From a virus (lineage: Duplodnaviria > Caudoviricetes), in IMG/VR virus record IMGVR_UViG_3300009103_000056, positions 1 through 45,111 of that record: a DNA stretch of 45,111 nt; one strand, given 5' to 3'. The position numbers and the translations under genes are program-made. The stretch's first letter is position 1; the number at the start of each line of letters is the position of its first letter. Shown piece by piece: positions 34,842 to 45,111 of this stretch. Below the pieces are notes generated by a model. It saw only the letters and a program-made list of their open reading frames with translations, made no database searches and was not told the DNA's origin.

Positions 34842-37800
34842 TCAGCGGGCCTCCTCCGCGCGTTGCTCCTCGCTGAGCACCCCGGTGATATACGCACGCA
34901 TGTCATCGAACGAATCAGGTGCCCCGACCGCAGCCCCAACCCCGACCTGCTTGCCGACCGGCGGTAGTCCGAGGAGCAGGCCGACACCAGAGGTGACATC
35001 GCGGACGTTGCGGCTTGTCAACTCCTCGCCACTCGTTACCCGCCTAAGCGCGCGAGCGGAGCCGAGGCCAACGCGTTCGATCAGCGAGATCGCAGGGGTG
35101 CTCGTCATGCGATCATTCCAGACCTTGTCGTCGAACCACCCGATCGCAGGGTTGATCGCGTTCGGGCCGAGGAGCGGGACCTCGGCGGCAAGCGAACGTA
35201 GATGGCCGAGCAGCACGACGTCCACGAACGCGTCGTCGAGCAGAGAACCATCTTCGTCCTCGTCGTCGAGCTGGCCGCGCATAGCTTGGGTCATCAGCTC
35301 GCTGCCTATCATCGGGATCAGGAACGTGAAGATATACATGTGCATCGCGACACCAGCTTTCTCCCACCCTTGCGCGCGTGCGATGCGGGTGAACTCGTCA
35401 GCTTGCAGGTTGGCCATGGTGTTGAACCACCCCGCGAACTGCGAGAAGATCTTCACGAACGGTGTGCCTTCTTCAAAGCCCGCGACGTCGGTCGGATCGA
35501 ACGAGTGCTGCGTCATGCGGACCGTCGCGTCGGCGTGTCGGATCGCTTCGCGTTGCGCGGTCTCGTTGCTCACGTCACGCGTCGCCTCGTTGAGCTTCTG
35601 CTCGTAAGCCGCGCCCCAGACGATCGCGTCGACCCAATTCTGCACTGCCGTTTGGAGGAAGTAGGCGTGCTGCCGCGTCCAAGCTCGCGCCTTCGCGAAC
35701 TTTGACCGGTTCTGCATCAGGTCGTTGATGCGCTCGACGCTGTCGAAGATTTGATTCTTCTGGCGCGGCGCCATCATGCCCGGCGACATTCGGGCGATCT
35801 CGGCGTAGCGGGTCTTGCGGCCCCCGATTACGCCCCAGAGAGACTTGAGCAGGTAGCGCGGCTTGATCCGAGCCGCCGCCACCGCGATTTGCAGAAACTG
35901 CTGCGCGGCGTTGACGACGTTGGCCATCATCAAGGTCATGCCTGCGACAGAGCGTGCATTGCGCCAGAAAATGTCGACATCTGGGTCCTTGCCGGCGCGC
36001 GTTGCGGACTGCGACGCGGTGCGCTGCAACCACGGTAGGATCATCCCATTCCACGCACCGGGCGACGTCGCCTCGATCGAGTCTGCAACCGCTTCGTGCT
36101 TGCCGAGCCGTTCGGCGGCGCGGACTGCGGGTTGCAAGTGGGCGAATCGCAGCACGTCATCGATGTGCGAGGGCACAAGGTCGAGATCGAGCAGTAGACG
36201 CTCGGCGAACTTCTTGGCGCGACCTTTCGTGAACCCGCGACCGGTGGTCGCGAACTGTTGACGGTAGTCGGCCTCCAGGTCCTTGAGGTCTTGCAAGCGG
36301 CCGGCAGAGCGCGCGGTCTTGTCGAGCTTCGCGGGCATGTAGCCGCCGCGGTAGGTGCCGACACCGGGGATGTTGACCTCGGTCGCGGTGACCTCTTCAA
36401 ATCGGTGTCCGAGCAGCTCCTTGTGCGCGCTCTGCGCGAGCGGCTTCAGCTCATCGTTCATGTCCCACACAGCTTGCACGAAGTCCATCACATCGGTGGT
36501 GATGAAGCCCTCCTCGACCATCTGCGCAACAAACGAATCCCACTGCGAAGTGTCGAAGTCGTTCGCCGCGTCCTTGACGTCGTCGAACACACGGCCCCAC
36601 TTGTGACCGACGATAAGGCGGCGCAGGTTCCCCCGGTTACCGGTGTGTAGCAGAGCAGCGATCAGCTCCGCGTGCCCGAACCCACCGTTGCCCTGACCGA
36701 AGGTCCACAGCAGCTTCTTACCGTCCTCGGTGCGGAACTCGATCTTGCCCATCTTCAACTTGGGTCGCAGGTCTCTCACCATCTTCTCGATTCGCTTGGT
36801 GTAAGCCGTGCGATCGACCATGTAGCGCTCGACGGCTTCGCGGATCGGTTGCCAGAACAGCTTCGTGAACCAGCCGGTCTTCGCACCGTCCTTGCGGTAG
36901 AACCAGTTTTCGGGGCGCACCGCTTTCAGCAGCATGCTGCGCGCCTTGTCTTTGACCTTCTCCCATCCATGCAGCTGCCCGGTCATCTCGATCGCCTTCA
37001 CCGGGTTCTCCGCGTCCTGTTCGAGGAGCAGCTTCGCGGCGTCGTCAAGCTCCATCTTCTTACCGTCCAGCTCGAACTTCCGCTCAGCACGAGCAAGAGC
37101 CCACAACCCGCCGACTGTCTCGCGAAGCTCGCGGAACTCCTCGACGGTCAGGTCTCTCCAATCCTTGACCGGAGAACCGCGCTTCTCAGCCTCCGCTCGC
37201 CAGTCTCTCGCTCTGTCGAACATCGGTTGCAGCTTGTCGAGCAGCTGCGGGTTGTGGTCCCTGACCGCGGTGAGGTAGGAGCTGGCGTCACGATCACCGG
37301 GTTGCAGCCCGAAGCTCGCAACCAGCGAGCGAGCGATTGCGATGTAGTCGATCTCATAGCGCGGCGCGAGTTTCGCGTCGCTGCGGAACAGCTTGCGGAA
37401 CTCCTTCTGTGCTCGGTCGACCTCGGCGCGCACCGCGACCGCTTCGCGCGCCATCTCCGTGGCGAGCAGCTCGCGGCGTTTGAGGCTCGCGGCCAAGGCC
37501 AGCTCACCCTTGACGAACGCACGCTGCGCTTCGCGCCGGTAGCGTGCCTTTTCCAGCGAGTGGTCATGCGGGCGGACCGCCCCGACGAGCTTGTCAGCGA
37601 TGAGGTTCTTCGCGTGCGTGCGAGCAGCGCGCACTATGACTCTCACCGGGCGGGTGAGCTTGTCAAAGAACCTTAGCTCCGCGGCGACGACCTTGGATCG
37701 GCTCTCGCCGTGCAGAACCTCTTCGATCTTGCGCCGCATCTTGTCCTCGTCGAGCAGGTCGCTGTGCTCTTCGAGCATGCGACGGTCGGAGCGTTGACGG

Positions 37801-40800
37801 ACGACCTCTTCCAAAGGGGCCGCTGCGATCAGCTCCTTGATCATCTCCGCGCCCGAGGAGTAGTTGAGAAGCTCAGCGACGCGATCTGGGTGCCACCCGT
37901 CTGGCGAGGTCATACCTCTGAGATCTCGGCGCAGGTCGGCGTCAGGAATGTCGGCTTCGAGCAACCGCTTCGTCTCGGCGGTGTTGAGCTTCGGAATCAA
38001 CGCGGGCTCGACCGTGCCGTCCGGCGCGACGTGCTCGGCGCGTAGCAGGACGCGACGGGCCTGATACACCCGCTCCTGCTCAACCTCCCTGCGCTCCTCG
38101 TTCTCGACGGTCTTGCGGATCGTCCTGGTCTGCGCCTGGACCTTCTTCAGCAACCGCCCGGTGGCGTCGCCCATCCACTTCGCGGCGGCGATACTGGCGC
38201 GCGTCAGCCCGTTGATCGCATCCTCGGTGGCAGCATCCTGGTTGAGTTGCAACTCCGCCCAGTCCAGGTCGGACATACCCTCGGGCTGTGTCCGAAACAT
38301 CGGGTCCATCGAGCGCTCCGCCTGAACCGCCAGGATAGCGTTTTCAGAGGCCAGCATTCGATCGAACACACCCCGGACTTCTGGGGTCAGCGCTGGGAGG
38401 TCGACCCCGAACTCTTCCTTGTAAGCCTTGTTGAGGACCCTCACGACGTGTCCGTAGGCTCGACGAAACCAGCGAGTAATCGCTCGAAACACCGACTCCA
38501 GCTCAAGGCTCGGGGCTTGCCCCTTGTGCAACCAAAGCTCCCAGTTGTAGGCGAAAGACTCCCAGTGCCGGCGCTGTCCTTCGCGACCGAGCGCGTCCCA
38601 CGCGACGAGCTGGGCATCGAGCGTCTCACCGGCGATGCCGAACCAGTTGAGCGCGGCGCGTGCGTCAGCCTTCAGCTGTGGGTTGGCGTTCGGCATCATC
38701 GCCGTCTTGAACAGCATGCTCATGTAGTGGTGCGACATCTCATGCAGCCACGTCGTCGCGTCGCGCTCCTTCAGGAACCACGCTGTGCTGACGTCAGGCT
38801 CGTAGCGCCCGCGAGGGTCCGGCCGTGGGCCGGCGCGCAGAACGCTCGGGTCGTTCGGATCGAACGTGCCGCGATTGTTGACGCTCTTGATCTGCTCGGG
38901 ATCGAAGGCAATGTAGACGTTCCCTGAGCCTTCCCAGTTACTGATGATCGCTCCGTCGTGCCCTTCAGATTCTTTCTCCCGTAGATATTCCCCCAAGGCC
39001 TTATCCGCCTTGTAGCCATCAAGGTCACCCACCACATCGCTGGGATCTTGGATTACGACCGGGCTCTGAAGGGACAGATAAAACTCCCGAGGATCACCGA
39101 AGGACTGCGCGTGCTCACGGTCCGATGTAAACCAATTGCCCGGCACAAACTCGCCGGGCTCGAAGACATCAAACTCCTCAGTAGCGCCATGGAAGACAAC
39201 CAATGGCTTACCCGTGGCCACGTCGACCACCTTGCTCTCGCCAAACCACTTGATGAACTCCGGTGAGCCCGTGTCCGTCACCCCTGAGATCGGTGTCGGC
39301 CGCTTCGAGCCCCCCTCATCGAATTGTCGGGGGGCTCGCTGCTCAGCACTGGATCGTTCGAGGTCTGCGATCCCGTCGGCGTCGTATCGGGCGAGGATGT
39401 CGTCGAACTCTGCTTGCCGACCGCGAACCCACGCGAGTAGATCGGGTCGTCCGCGGAAGCTTTCCGCAAGCGCACCACCCGCTTGGTCTTCTTGCCAGTC
39501 ATGAGTCTGTCCGTATTCGCCTTGCGTCCAAATATCGACGAGGTCGATCAGCCCGACCGCGTCTGCGTCCTGCGCACCGAGCGACTCGATCGCTGACAGG
39601 AACTCCTCGTCAGTGCGAGCGAAAGGCAGCTTGGTCCCATCGTCGCGGAAGTTGACGACGGTGATCTCGTTGTCCGCGGTGCGCGTGAAATCCTGCCCAG
39701 GCAGATGCTGTTGCAGGGCGCCCAAGATTGTAGCCAATCGTGCGCCGTCGAGCACCCCTCCAAAGCGCATTACGACGGCGCGAGCGAGGTCACCACCACG
39801 GACCTCGACCCCAGGCCCCATGCTATCGGCGAATGCCTGCGCCTTAGCCTGCGTCTCGAATCGACCCTTCGGCACCAGACGCCCGGTGTCCGATCGCACG
39901 ACGCGGAACATCTGCGCCTGCTTCCTGGCCTTGGACCGCAGCGGCAGGTTGTCCGGCCGGAACCACGGCACCGCTGCCTGACGCGTGATGAATTGGATCG
40001 CTCGCGCGTAGAGCCGGACCTGCTCGGTGGTGAAGGTCTCGGCACCCTTCTCCTTCGCCGGCAACAGGTGCGCCAGCACGTTCGGGTTGACTTTACCCTC
40101 GAACGTGCCGAAGCCTTGTTGCGAGAACGCGAGGTGGACACCGAGCATCGCCGCCAGCAGGTCGTTGCCGTTCTCGTCCACGAGTAGCTGCGCGATCTCG
40201 GCGGTGAACTGCTCGCGCACCCTCGACGACGCGGCGTTGATCGCAGCACCGACCTCCTTGGCGGGCACAGCCTCCCAGGTCACGATCTGGCCGAGACGCT
40301 CGAACTCGGTCGCGAAGCTGCGCGCGTTCTCTTCGACGTAGCCGCGCACCTCCTCGCTCGTCGGCTTCATTGCGAAGCTGCGCCAGTTCGCGTAGTGCTT
40401 GTCGTGCTCGGCGCTGCTGTCCTTCGGGTAGACCAGCGTCGTCTTGCCGCGCTTGGTGGTCTTCTCGGTGATCAGCCCCTCGCGCCTGCTCTTGCGAACG
40501 GTCTGCTCGCGCACCTCCTTCATGTTGTAGCGCGACTGCATCGCGGTCCACAACGCCGCTTGCACCTGATGCGGCAACCACGGTGCCGCGCCCGGTTCGA
40601 GCTTCGCGTTCAGCTCCGCGGTGAGCCGGCGCACTTCACCCTCGGCGAACGAATACTTGCCAGAGCCCTTGTCGTCGCTACCCGCCTCCTTGACGTAGCC
40701 GAAGACGCGATACATCCAGATGTCGACCGTGACCGGCTGGCCCATCTCCTCGACGAACTCAGGATCGAGCCCGAGCTGCTCGGCGGCTTCGGGCCGGAGC

Positions 40801-43800
40801 ACGAGCAGCTCGTGCATCAGGTTGCGATAGAAGCTGGTGATCTTGCGACCCTGCACGGTCGACGTGCTCGCCCACCGCTTGTCCCGGTAGAGCAGATCCT
40901 TCGCCTTCTTGTCAGCGGTGCCGAGCCCAATCTGGAAGTCCTCCTCCTTGACGCCGCGCTTCCATGCGGTGTAAGCCTTGATCGCGGAGATCGTGTTCGT
41001 CCAGACCACAGCGTTCGGAGAGTAGATCGCGATCAGCTGGATCAGACGTTGCGCTTCGACGAGGTCACCCTGCACGATGCGCAGCACCTCGCGCGTCGAT
41101 TCCTCATACCAGAAGCGTCCGGCCTCACCTTCGCTGAGCAGCTGGCGCGCGAGGCGGCGCATCGCGTTCAGCGACTTGCGATCGGTGACATGCTCGGGGG
41201 CGCCCTTGATCTTGCCGGTGCTCGTGACCTCGGGCTCGTGCTTGAGCCACTGCTTGTCGCCTTCGAGCTGAAGCTGCGGCTTGTCTCGTCCAAACCGTAA
41301 AATCAGCGAATACTTCGGCCTATCCGCGGTGCGCCCCGCTGGCTTCCCGATGCGCTCTTCGTAGGTGAACGTCCGACGCTTCTCGACGTTGCGCGCCTCG
41401 ACCTCGCCAGCGAGCCTGTGGTAGGCGTCGTAGGCATCGGGGTTCTTGGCTTTCATCAATGCATGGACCAGACGTGTCGCTGCCTCGCCGTGCTTGAGAA
41501 ACTCTTGATGCGCGTCGCGCTTGGCCAACGCGATTGCCACACTGTCGCCGCTGGCGCTGGGGTCCTGCTTCGACAGTGCAACAGCGTCGGTGAACACCTT
41601 CTTTGCGCGCAGGTAGCTCTCGTAGCTGGCGACCAGCTTTGGGTTCTTCTTGCGCGCTACGTCAACCACCCTCTTGGTGTCGCGTTTGGCGATTGCTTCC
41701 AGCATGTCGGGACTGAACCCGCGAGGGCTACCTCCACTGGCGAACCCTTCAAACTCTTGAATGACGTGCTGGATCTCGTGCAGCAGCGTCGAGGTCAGCT
41801 CGGAAATAGTGTTTTTCCGAGCATGGACGTTGAGCCCGATCGATATATCAGGAGCCGGCATTGCGAACCCGAGCGAGGTCGGAGAGCCTGAATACAGCAT
41901 GACCGGTATATCCCGCAGATGCGGGTAGGCGGCGAACAGCGCGCTGTGATCGAGTAACTCTCCGAGTGGCAGCGCGGGCTTTGTGCTTGCTTTCCTCGGG
42001 CGGCGCCACGCGTTAGCAAGCGCTTCGTCCCTGATCTCGGCGTTCCGGTCGCTGATCTCGTAGCGCCACTTGCCGTCGGGACCAATGAACCATCCAGTTT
42101 CTTCGAGGATCTTCTTCTTGGAGGCGCCCTCGCGCTGCAAGCGCTGCGCAATCGAGAAATCGAACAAGTTCGACGTCTGAGCCTTTATCCCAGCGAACTG
42201 CTCTAGCGTCCGCGCCTCGCCCGGCTGCGCGCCCTGCTGGACTCCCTGCTGCGCGCCCTGCTGGTCGACCTGCACATGCAACCGGTGCTGTTTAGCAAAC
42301 TCCTCGGGCGTGGTGTTGAGTCGGGCGGCCTGCGTCTCGACCCACATGCGGTAGATCTTTGCGATGTAGCGCGATTCCTCGTCGGTGCGTTTGGTGTCCT
42401 TTTGCACCTCGGCGAGGAAGTCCGTCTCGACGCGGGTCGATTGCTGATCCCAGTCCGCGACCAGGGCGGCCCGCCCAGCCACCATGCGCTGCGATTCCTC
42501 GCGGTTCTTCTCCCGCTCCTTCAACCACTCGTCGGATCGATTCTGACTGAAGCCGTCTTTCTGTAGGCGGATGTCCCCCCTGATCGCCGGGTAGAGCTTC
42601 GTCGGCGCGACGTGCGCGGCGAACTCACCCATCGGGATCACGACGTCGTCGGTCGGCTCTGCTCCTTCGAGCTGCTTCGCGACGCCCGGCATGTCGGTCG
42701 CAAGCTGCTGCAAGCTATGCCCGGATGCCTCCAGGCCGCGCCGCAGGTCACCGGCCTCGACGTAAACCTCCTTGGTCTTCTCACCGACCATGCCCGCAAC
42801 GGCCTGCGCGTAGGTTGGCGCGTCACGTTCGCGCGTCTTTGAAGCCTCACCGGCCTTGGCGAGGCGATCGAACATTTCGGTCGCGCGCTTCGCTTGGTGA
42901 ACCTTCTTCCGTTCGGCTGAGTATTGGATCGCCGGACCAGGAATGCCGATCCACGCCATACCTTGGAACGCGTGCCACATTTCGTCGGCGACGTCACCCA
43001 TAAACTCACCGAAGCTCTGTGGTCCGATGTCCGCCCCAGCGAGCGCGCCGGCCCACAGCTCGCTCAACTCCATGAGACCGCGCTGCGCACCTTCGGTTGC
43101 AGTCTCGGTGCCGACCGTCACGAGGTATTGCTTCGTAAGATCCGAGAACAAACGCGCCGTCGTCTCCCGGTCGAGACCTTTGCGGAACATCTTGCTGACC
43201 GCAGGGATCTTAGTCATCGCGCGAGCTGCGCCGACGAAAGGCTTGCCGAACACACGGAAGCTAACGGCGTCAAGCGCACCGGCCGGTAGTGCGAGCAGAC
43301 CTGCGGTGCGCTTCGCGATCTCGTGCGCTTCGTCCTGCGGCACACCCTCCTCGATCAGCTGTAGGTAGGTGTCCTCGTATTGGTGGCCGAACTGCACGAT
43401 CGCGCTGTGCGTGGCCACCGTGGCGAGGGCGGCGGCGGGACCGACGACAGGCGCCGCCGGCCCCGACACCGCGGACCCGGTGAACCCGGCTGCCGCCGAG
43501 AGGATCGCGGGCTGGAGATATTGACCAGCAAGCTGCACCGCGTGTCCGAGCCCCAGGAGGCTCGGGCTCGACGCGAAGTTCTCTTGTAGACGATTGAGCT
43601 GCGCGAGCCGATCCTGGTCCTGGGGGCTCAGCTTGTGGAGCCCGCCGAGGAAAGCCCCCTTCATCTTGAGGATGCCGGCGTCGTTCGTCGCGGTGCCCGA
43701 GTGCCACCACGCCCCGAGCGTGTCGAGCGCACCGACCGTGGTGCGGAAGTTCCCCAGGTCGTCCAGCATCATGGTCGCGCGAGGCACGTCCTGCATGCTG

Positions 43801-44096
43801 GTCATAAAGTTGGGATAGCGCGTCAGCAACTCACGCAGCTCCAGACGCTGCTCCAGCTCGTCGAGCTTGTCCGGGTCCGTAGGCAGCTGGTAGCGCGGCA
43901 CGCGCATCTGGCGCGACAGCCGCGCCAGACGTCCAGCGTTGTCGGGTGCGACACCAGACTCCTTCGCTGCACGAAAGACGTTGTAGGACGACGAAGCGAG
44001 CTGCTCACGCCGCTTGCGCGCATAATCGTCCAGCCACTCTTGGCTGCCGATCAGCGGGCCGCCCGGTGCCGGTGGAGGGGCGCCGTTAGCGGTCAC
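34842..44096 (-). CDS. Giant polyvalent internal virion/ejection protein (T7 gp16-like position), 3084 aa
   Basis: LPD23-like region with HEIQH (about 41360-42180); glycosylase-like WY...SP...N...K..F..N...VTVD.W region (about 40545-41125); ART-PolyVal-like FIKWFG..KVVD...PLVVFHG...DGAII...QIKSV region (about 38845-39265); HEMSH zincin region (about 38460-38765). Last gene of the virion operon. Confidence 0.85.
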   Translation of the reverse strand: MTANGAPPPAPGGPLIGSQEWLDDYARKRREQLASSSYNVFRAAKESGVAPDNAGRLARLSRQMRVPRYQLPTDPDKLDELEQRLELRELLTRYPNFMTSMQDVPRATMMLDDLGNFRTTVGALDTLGAWWHSGTATNDAGILKMKGAFLGGLHKLSPQDQDRLAQLNRLQENFASSPSLLGLGHAVQLAGQYLQPAILSAAAGFTGSAVSGPAAPVVGPAAALATVATHSAIVQFGHQYEDTYLQLIEEGVPQDEAHEIAKRTAGLLALPAGALDAVSFRVFGKPFVGAARAMTKIPAVSKMFRKGLDRETTARLFSDLTKQYLVTVGTETATEGAQRGLMELSELWAGALAGADIGPQSFGEFMGDVADEMWHAFQGMAWIGIPGPAIQYSAERKKVHQAKRATEMFDRLAKAGEASKTRERDAPTYAQAVAGMVGEKTKEVYVEAGDLRRGLEASGHSLQQLATDMPGVAKQLEGAEPTDDVVIPMGEFAAHVAPTKLYPAIRGDIRLQKDGFSQNRSDEWLKEREKNREESQRMVAGRAALVADWDQQSTRVETDFLAEVQKDTKRTDEESRYIAKIYRMWVETQAARLNTTPEEFAKQHRLHVQVDQQGAQQGVQQGAQPGEARTLEQFAGIKAQTSNLFDFSIAQRLQREGASKKKILEETGWFIGPDGKWRYEISDRNAEIRDEALANAWRRPRKASTKPALPLGELLDHSALFAAYPHLRDIPVMLYSGSPTSLGFAMPAPDISIGLNVHARKNTISELTSTLLHEIQHVIQEFEGFASGGSPRGFSPDMLEAIAKRDTKRVVDVARKKNPKLVASYESYLRAKKVFTDAVALSKQDPSASGDSVAIALAKRDAHQEFLKHGEAATRLVHALMKAKNPDAYDAYHRLAGEVEARNVEKRRTFTYEERIGKPAGRTADRPKYSLILRFGRDKPQLQLEGDKQWLKHEPEVTSTGKIKGAPEHVTDRKSLNAMRRLARQLLSEGEAGRFWYEESTREVLRIVQGDLVEAQRLIQLIAIYSPNAVVWTNTISAIKAYTAWKRGVKEEDFQIGLGTADKKAKDLLYRDKRWASTSTVQGRKITSFYRNLMHELLVLRPEAAEQLGLDPEFVEEMGQPVTVDIWMYRVFGYVKEAGSDDKGSGKYSFAEGEVRRLTAELNAKLEPGAAPWLPHQVQAALWTAMQSRYNMKEVREQTVRKSRREGLITEKTTKRGKTTLVYPKDSSAEHDKHYANWRSFAMKPTSEEVRGYVEENARSFATEFERLGQIVTWEAVPAKEVGAAINAASSRVREQFTAEIAQLLVDENGNDLLAAMLGVHLAFSQQGFGTFEGKVNPNVLAHLLPAKEKGAETFTTEQVRLYARAIQFITRQAAVPWFRPDNLPLRSKARKQAQMFRVVRSDTGRLVPKGRFETQAKAQAFADSMGPGVEVRGGDLARAVVMRFGGVLDGARLATILGALQQHLPGQDFTRTADNEITVVNFRDDGTKLPFARTDEEFLSAIESLGAQDADAVGLIDLVDIWTQGEYGQTHDWQEDQAGGALAESFRGRPDLLAWVRGRQAEFDDILARYDADGIADLERSSAEQRAPRQFDEGGSKRPTPISGVTDTGSPEFIKWFGESKVVDVATGKPLVVFHGATEEFDVFEPGEFVPGNWFTSDREHAQSFGDPREFYLSLQSPVVIQDPSDVVGDLDGYKADKALGEYLREKESEGHDGAIISNWEGSGNVYIAFDPEQIKSVNNRGTFDPNDPSVLRAGPRPDPRGRYEPDVSTAWFLKERDATTWLHEMSHHYMSMLFKTAMMPNANPQLKADARAALNWFGIAGETLDAQLVAWDALGREGQRRHWESFAYNWELWLHKGQAPSLELESVFRAITRWFRRAYGHVVRVLNKAYKEEFGVDLPALTPEVRGVFDRMLASENAILAVQAERSMDPMFRTQPEGMSDLDWAELQLNQDAATEDAINGLTRASIAAAKWMGDATGRLLKKVQAQTRTIRKTVENEERREVEQERVYQARRVLLRAEHVAPDGTVEPALIPKLNTAETKRLLEADIPDADLRRDLRGMTSPDGWHPDRVAELLNYSSGAEMIKELIAAAPLEEVVRQRSDRRMLEEHSDLLDEDKMRRKIEEVLHGESRSKVVAAELRFFDKLTRPVRVIVRAARTHAKNLIADKLVGAVRPHDHSLEKARYRREAQRAFVKGELALAASLKRRELLATEMAREAVAVRAEVDRAQKEFRKLFRSDAKLAPRYEIDYIAIARSLVASFGLQPGDRDASSYLTAVRDHNPQLLDKLQPMFDRARDWRAEAEKRGSPVKDWRDLTVEEFRELRETVGGLWALARAERKFELDGKKMELDDAAKLLLEQDAENPVKAIEMTGQLHGWEKVKDKARSMLLKAVRPENWFYRKDGAKTGWFTKLFWQPIREAVERYMVDRTAYTKRIEKMVRDLRPKLKMGKIEFRTEDGKKLLWTFGQGNGGFGHAELIAALLHTGNRGNLRRLIVGHKWGRVFDDVKDAANDFDTSQWDSFVAQMVEEGFITTDVMDFVQAVWDMNDELKPLAQSAHKELLGHRFEEVTATEVNIPGVGTYRGGYMPAKLDKTARSAGRLQDLKDLEADYRQQFATTGRGFTKGRAKKFAERLLLDLDLVPSHIDDVLRFAHLQPAVRAAERLGKHEAVADSIEATSPGAWNGMILPWLQRTASQSATRAGKDPDVDIFWRNARSVAGMTLMMANVVNAAQQFLQIAVAAARIKPRYLLKSLWGVIGGRKTRYAEIARMSPGMMAPRQKNQIFDSVERINDLMQNRSKFAKARAWTRQHAYFLQTAVQNWVDAIVWGAAYEQKLNEATRDVSNETAQREAIRHADATVRMTQHSFDPTDVAGFEEGTPFVKIFSQFAGWFNTMANLQADEFTRIARAQGWEKAGVAMHMYIFTFLIPMIGSELMTQAMRGQLDDEDEDGSLLDDAFVDVVLLGHLRSLAAEVPLLGPNAINPAIGWFDDKVWNDRMTSTPAISLIERVGLGSARALRRVTSGEELTSRNVRDVTSGVGLLLGLPPVGKQVGVGAAVGAPDSFDDMRAYITGVLSEEQRAEEAR

Positions 44097-45111
44097 TTCG
44101 CCCCCTCAAAAAGTCCGCCAACCCAACGTGTTCCTGGCCCGTAGAGCCCGCTGTCAAACTCTTTTACGGCCTGCTTGGCGCGGCCACGCAGGTCAATCAG
44201 ACCGAAGGCTTCGATCTCGTCGGCATACTTCTTGTTGATCCTGTCCCAAGCGGCATCCTCGGCGTCGCGCTTCAGCTCCTTGTCGTCCATCGGGAAGAGC
44301 ACCGCGTGTGGAATCGGGAGGAGTTTGAGGAGATCGCCGTTCTCCTTGCGGACCACCAGGTGGTCCGCCTCTTTCTGCCAGCTGGCCTTCGGGTGCTTCG
44401 CATCGACCTTCGCCTTCAGCTGCGCGACACGCTCCTCGTGCCAAGCACGGGTGCTATGGTAGCCCGCGATGCCTTTGGCTACGAGTCGCTGATATTCCTC
44501 GGAAGCCTTTTGGAGGAGCTTGGCCTTCCGCAGCTCGATGTGTGCTTCGTAGGCTTCCTGTGCCGACTTCAGGCTGAGCCCATGCTCTGCGATGGCGGTC
44601 GCGAGCACCCGCATGACCTCGGGATGCGACGAGTCTGAGTTAGCTCGACGCAAGGCATCACGCGCCGTCTCGTATTGCGGCACCGCGGATTCGACCTTCT
44701 GCAACACCTCGCCGGTAGCCGGGTCCTGGTGTGTCACAGTGCTCTCACCCTTGGGCAGCCCCTCGATAACTGCGAGCCCATCTGCGAGGGAGTTCGGATC
44801 GGTATCTGTTGCAGCGAGCGCGTCGAAATCAGGCAGCCCGGTGTTTTTGTCACGGAACTTTGCAAACGGTTGCCCAACGTCAAAGTCTTCGGGCAGCACC
44901 GCCGACACGTTCTTCTGGTCCTCCGATCTGAAGTAGTGAACCATCTCCTTCTTCTCGGCGGCGGTCATCATGACGACCGGCATCCACACACCGCCGACCA
45001 CCGCGCCGCGGTTCCAGACTTCCGTGATGACGGCGTCCAGCTCCGACTGCGTGACCTTGCCAGGGTCGATGCCGACACCTTTGTCGAGCGCAGCGAACTC
45101 TCGATTGACTG
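44093..45111 (-). CDS. 3' part of the gp15-like ejection protein that starts at 1614
   Basis: The frame is open through the window end and continuous with 1..1614 via the 119-bp overlap; its stop overlaps the start of the giant gene. Confidence 0.8.
   Translation of the reverse strand, partial: VNREFAALDKGVGIDPGKVTQSELDAVITEVWNRGAVVGGVWMPVVMMTAAEKKEMVHYFRSEDQKNVSAVLPEDFDVGQPFAKFRDKNTGLPDFDALAATDTDPNSLADGLAVIEGLPKGESTVTHQDPATGEVLQKVESAVPQYETARDALRRANSDSSHPEVMRVLATAIAEHGLSLKSAQEAYEAHIELRKAKLLQKASEEYQRLVAKGIAGYHSTRAWHEERVAQLKAKVDAKHPKASWQKEADHLVVRKENGDLLKLLPIPHAVLFPMDDKELKRDAEDAAWDRINKKYADEIEAFGLIDLRGRAKQAVKEFDSGLYGPGTRWVGGLFEGAK
44993..45111. repeat. Terminal direct repeat, right copy
   Basis: Identical to 1-119. 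Confidence 0.95.

Noticed and set aside
44993-45111. 119-bp terminal repeat as a biological DTR
   Set aside because: It lies inside a continuous ORF and its length fits an assembler k-mer overlap.

Overview
The window appears to be a complete, circularly assembled, high-GC tailed phage genome of 44,992 bp unique length; bases 1-119 are repeated exactly at 44993-45111. Its gene set is podovirus-like, of the Bordetella BPP-1/APSE type. Minus-strand morphogenesis genes encode TerL, GroES, a GNAT, the portal, scaffold, major capsid, two cement paralogs, the tail adaptor, the nozzle and three ejection proteins, one of them a 3084-aa polyvalent protein. A plus-strand early/replication arm (24.3-34.8 kb) carries small ORFs, DUF2786, a HEXXH protein, a DUF2800 nuclease, a DUF2815 SSB, a family A polymerase and an HTH protein. 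A block inserted in the head module (11.4-18 kb) carries a primase-helicase, a SNF2 helicase, a moron-like gene and membrane/lysis-type genes. I found no integrase, reverse transcriptase/DGR, endolysin, small terminase, tRNA or CRISPR array. The most unusual signals are: an SGNH O-acetylesterase fused to the tail adaptor; a palindromic, helically phased CGCCACA array at the early/late divergence point; an identical 14-bp box heading both structural operons; widespread leaderless-type promoters; tandem resolvases whose frame relationship depends on a G6 tract; and an NrS-1-type prim-pol fused to a DnaB-like helicase. All family assignments come from motif recognition by eye, not database searches.
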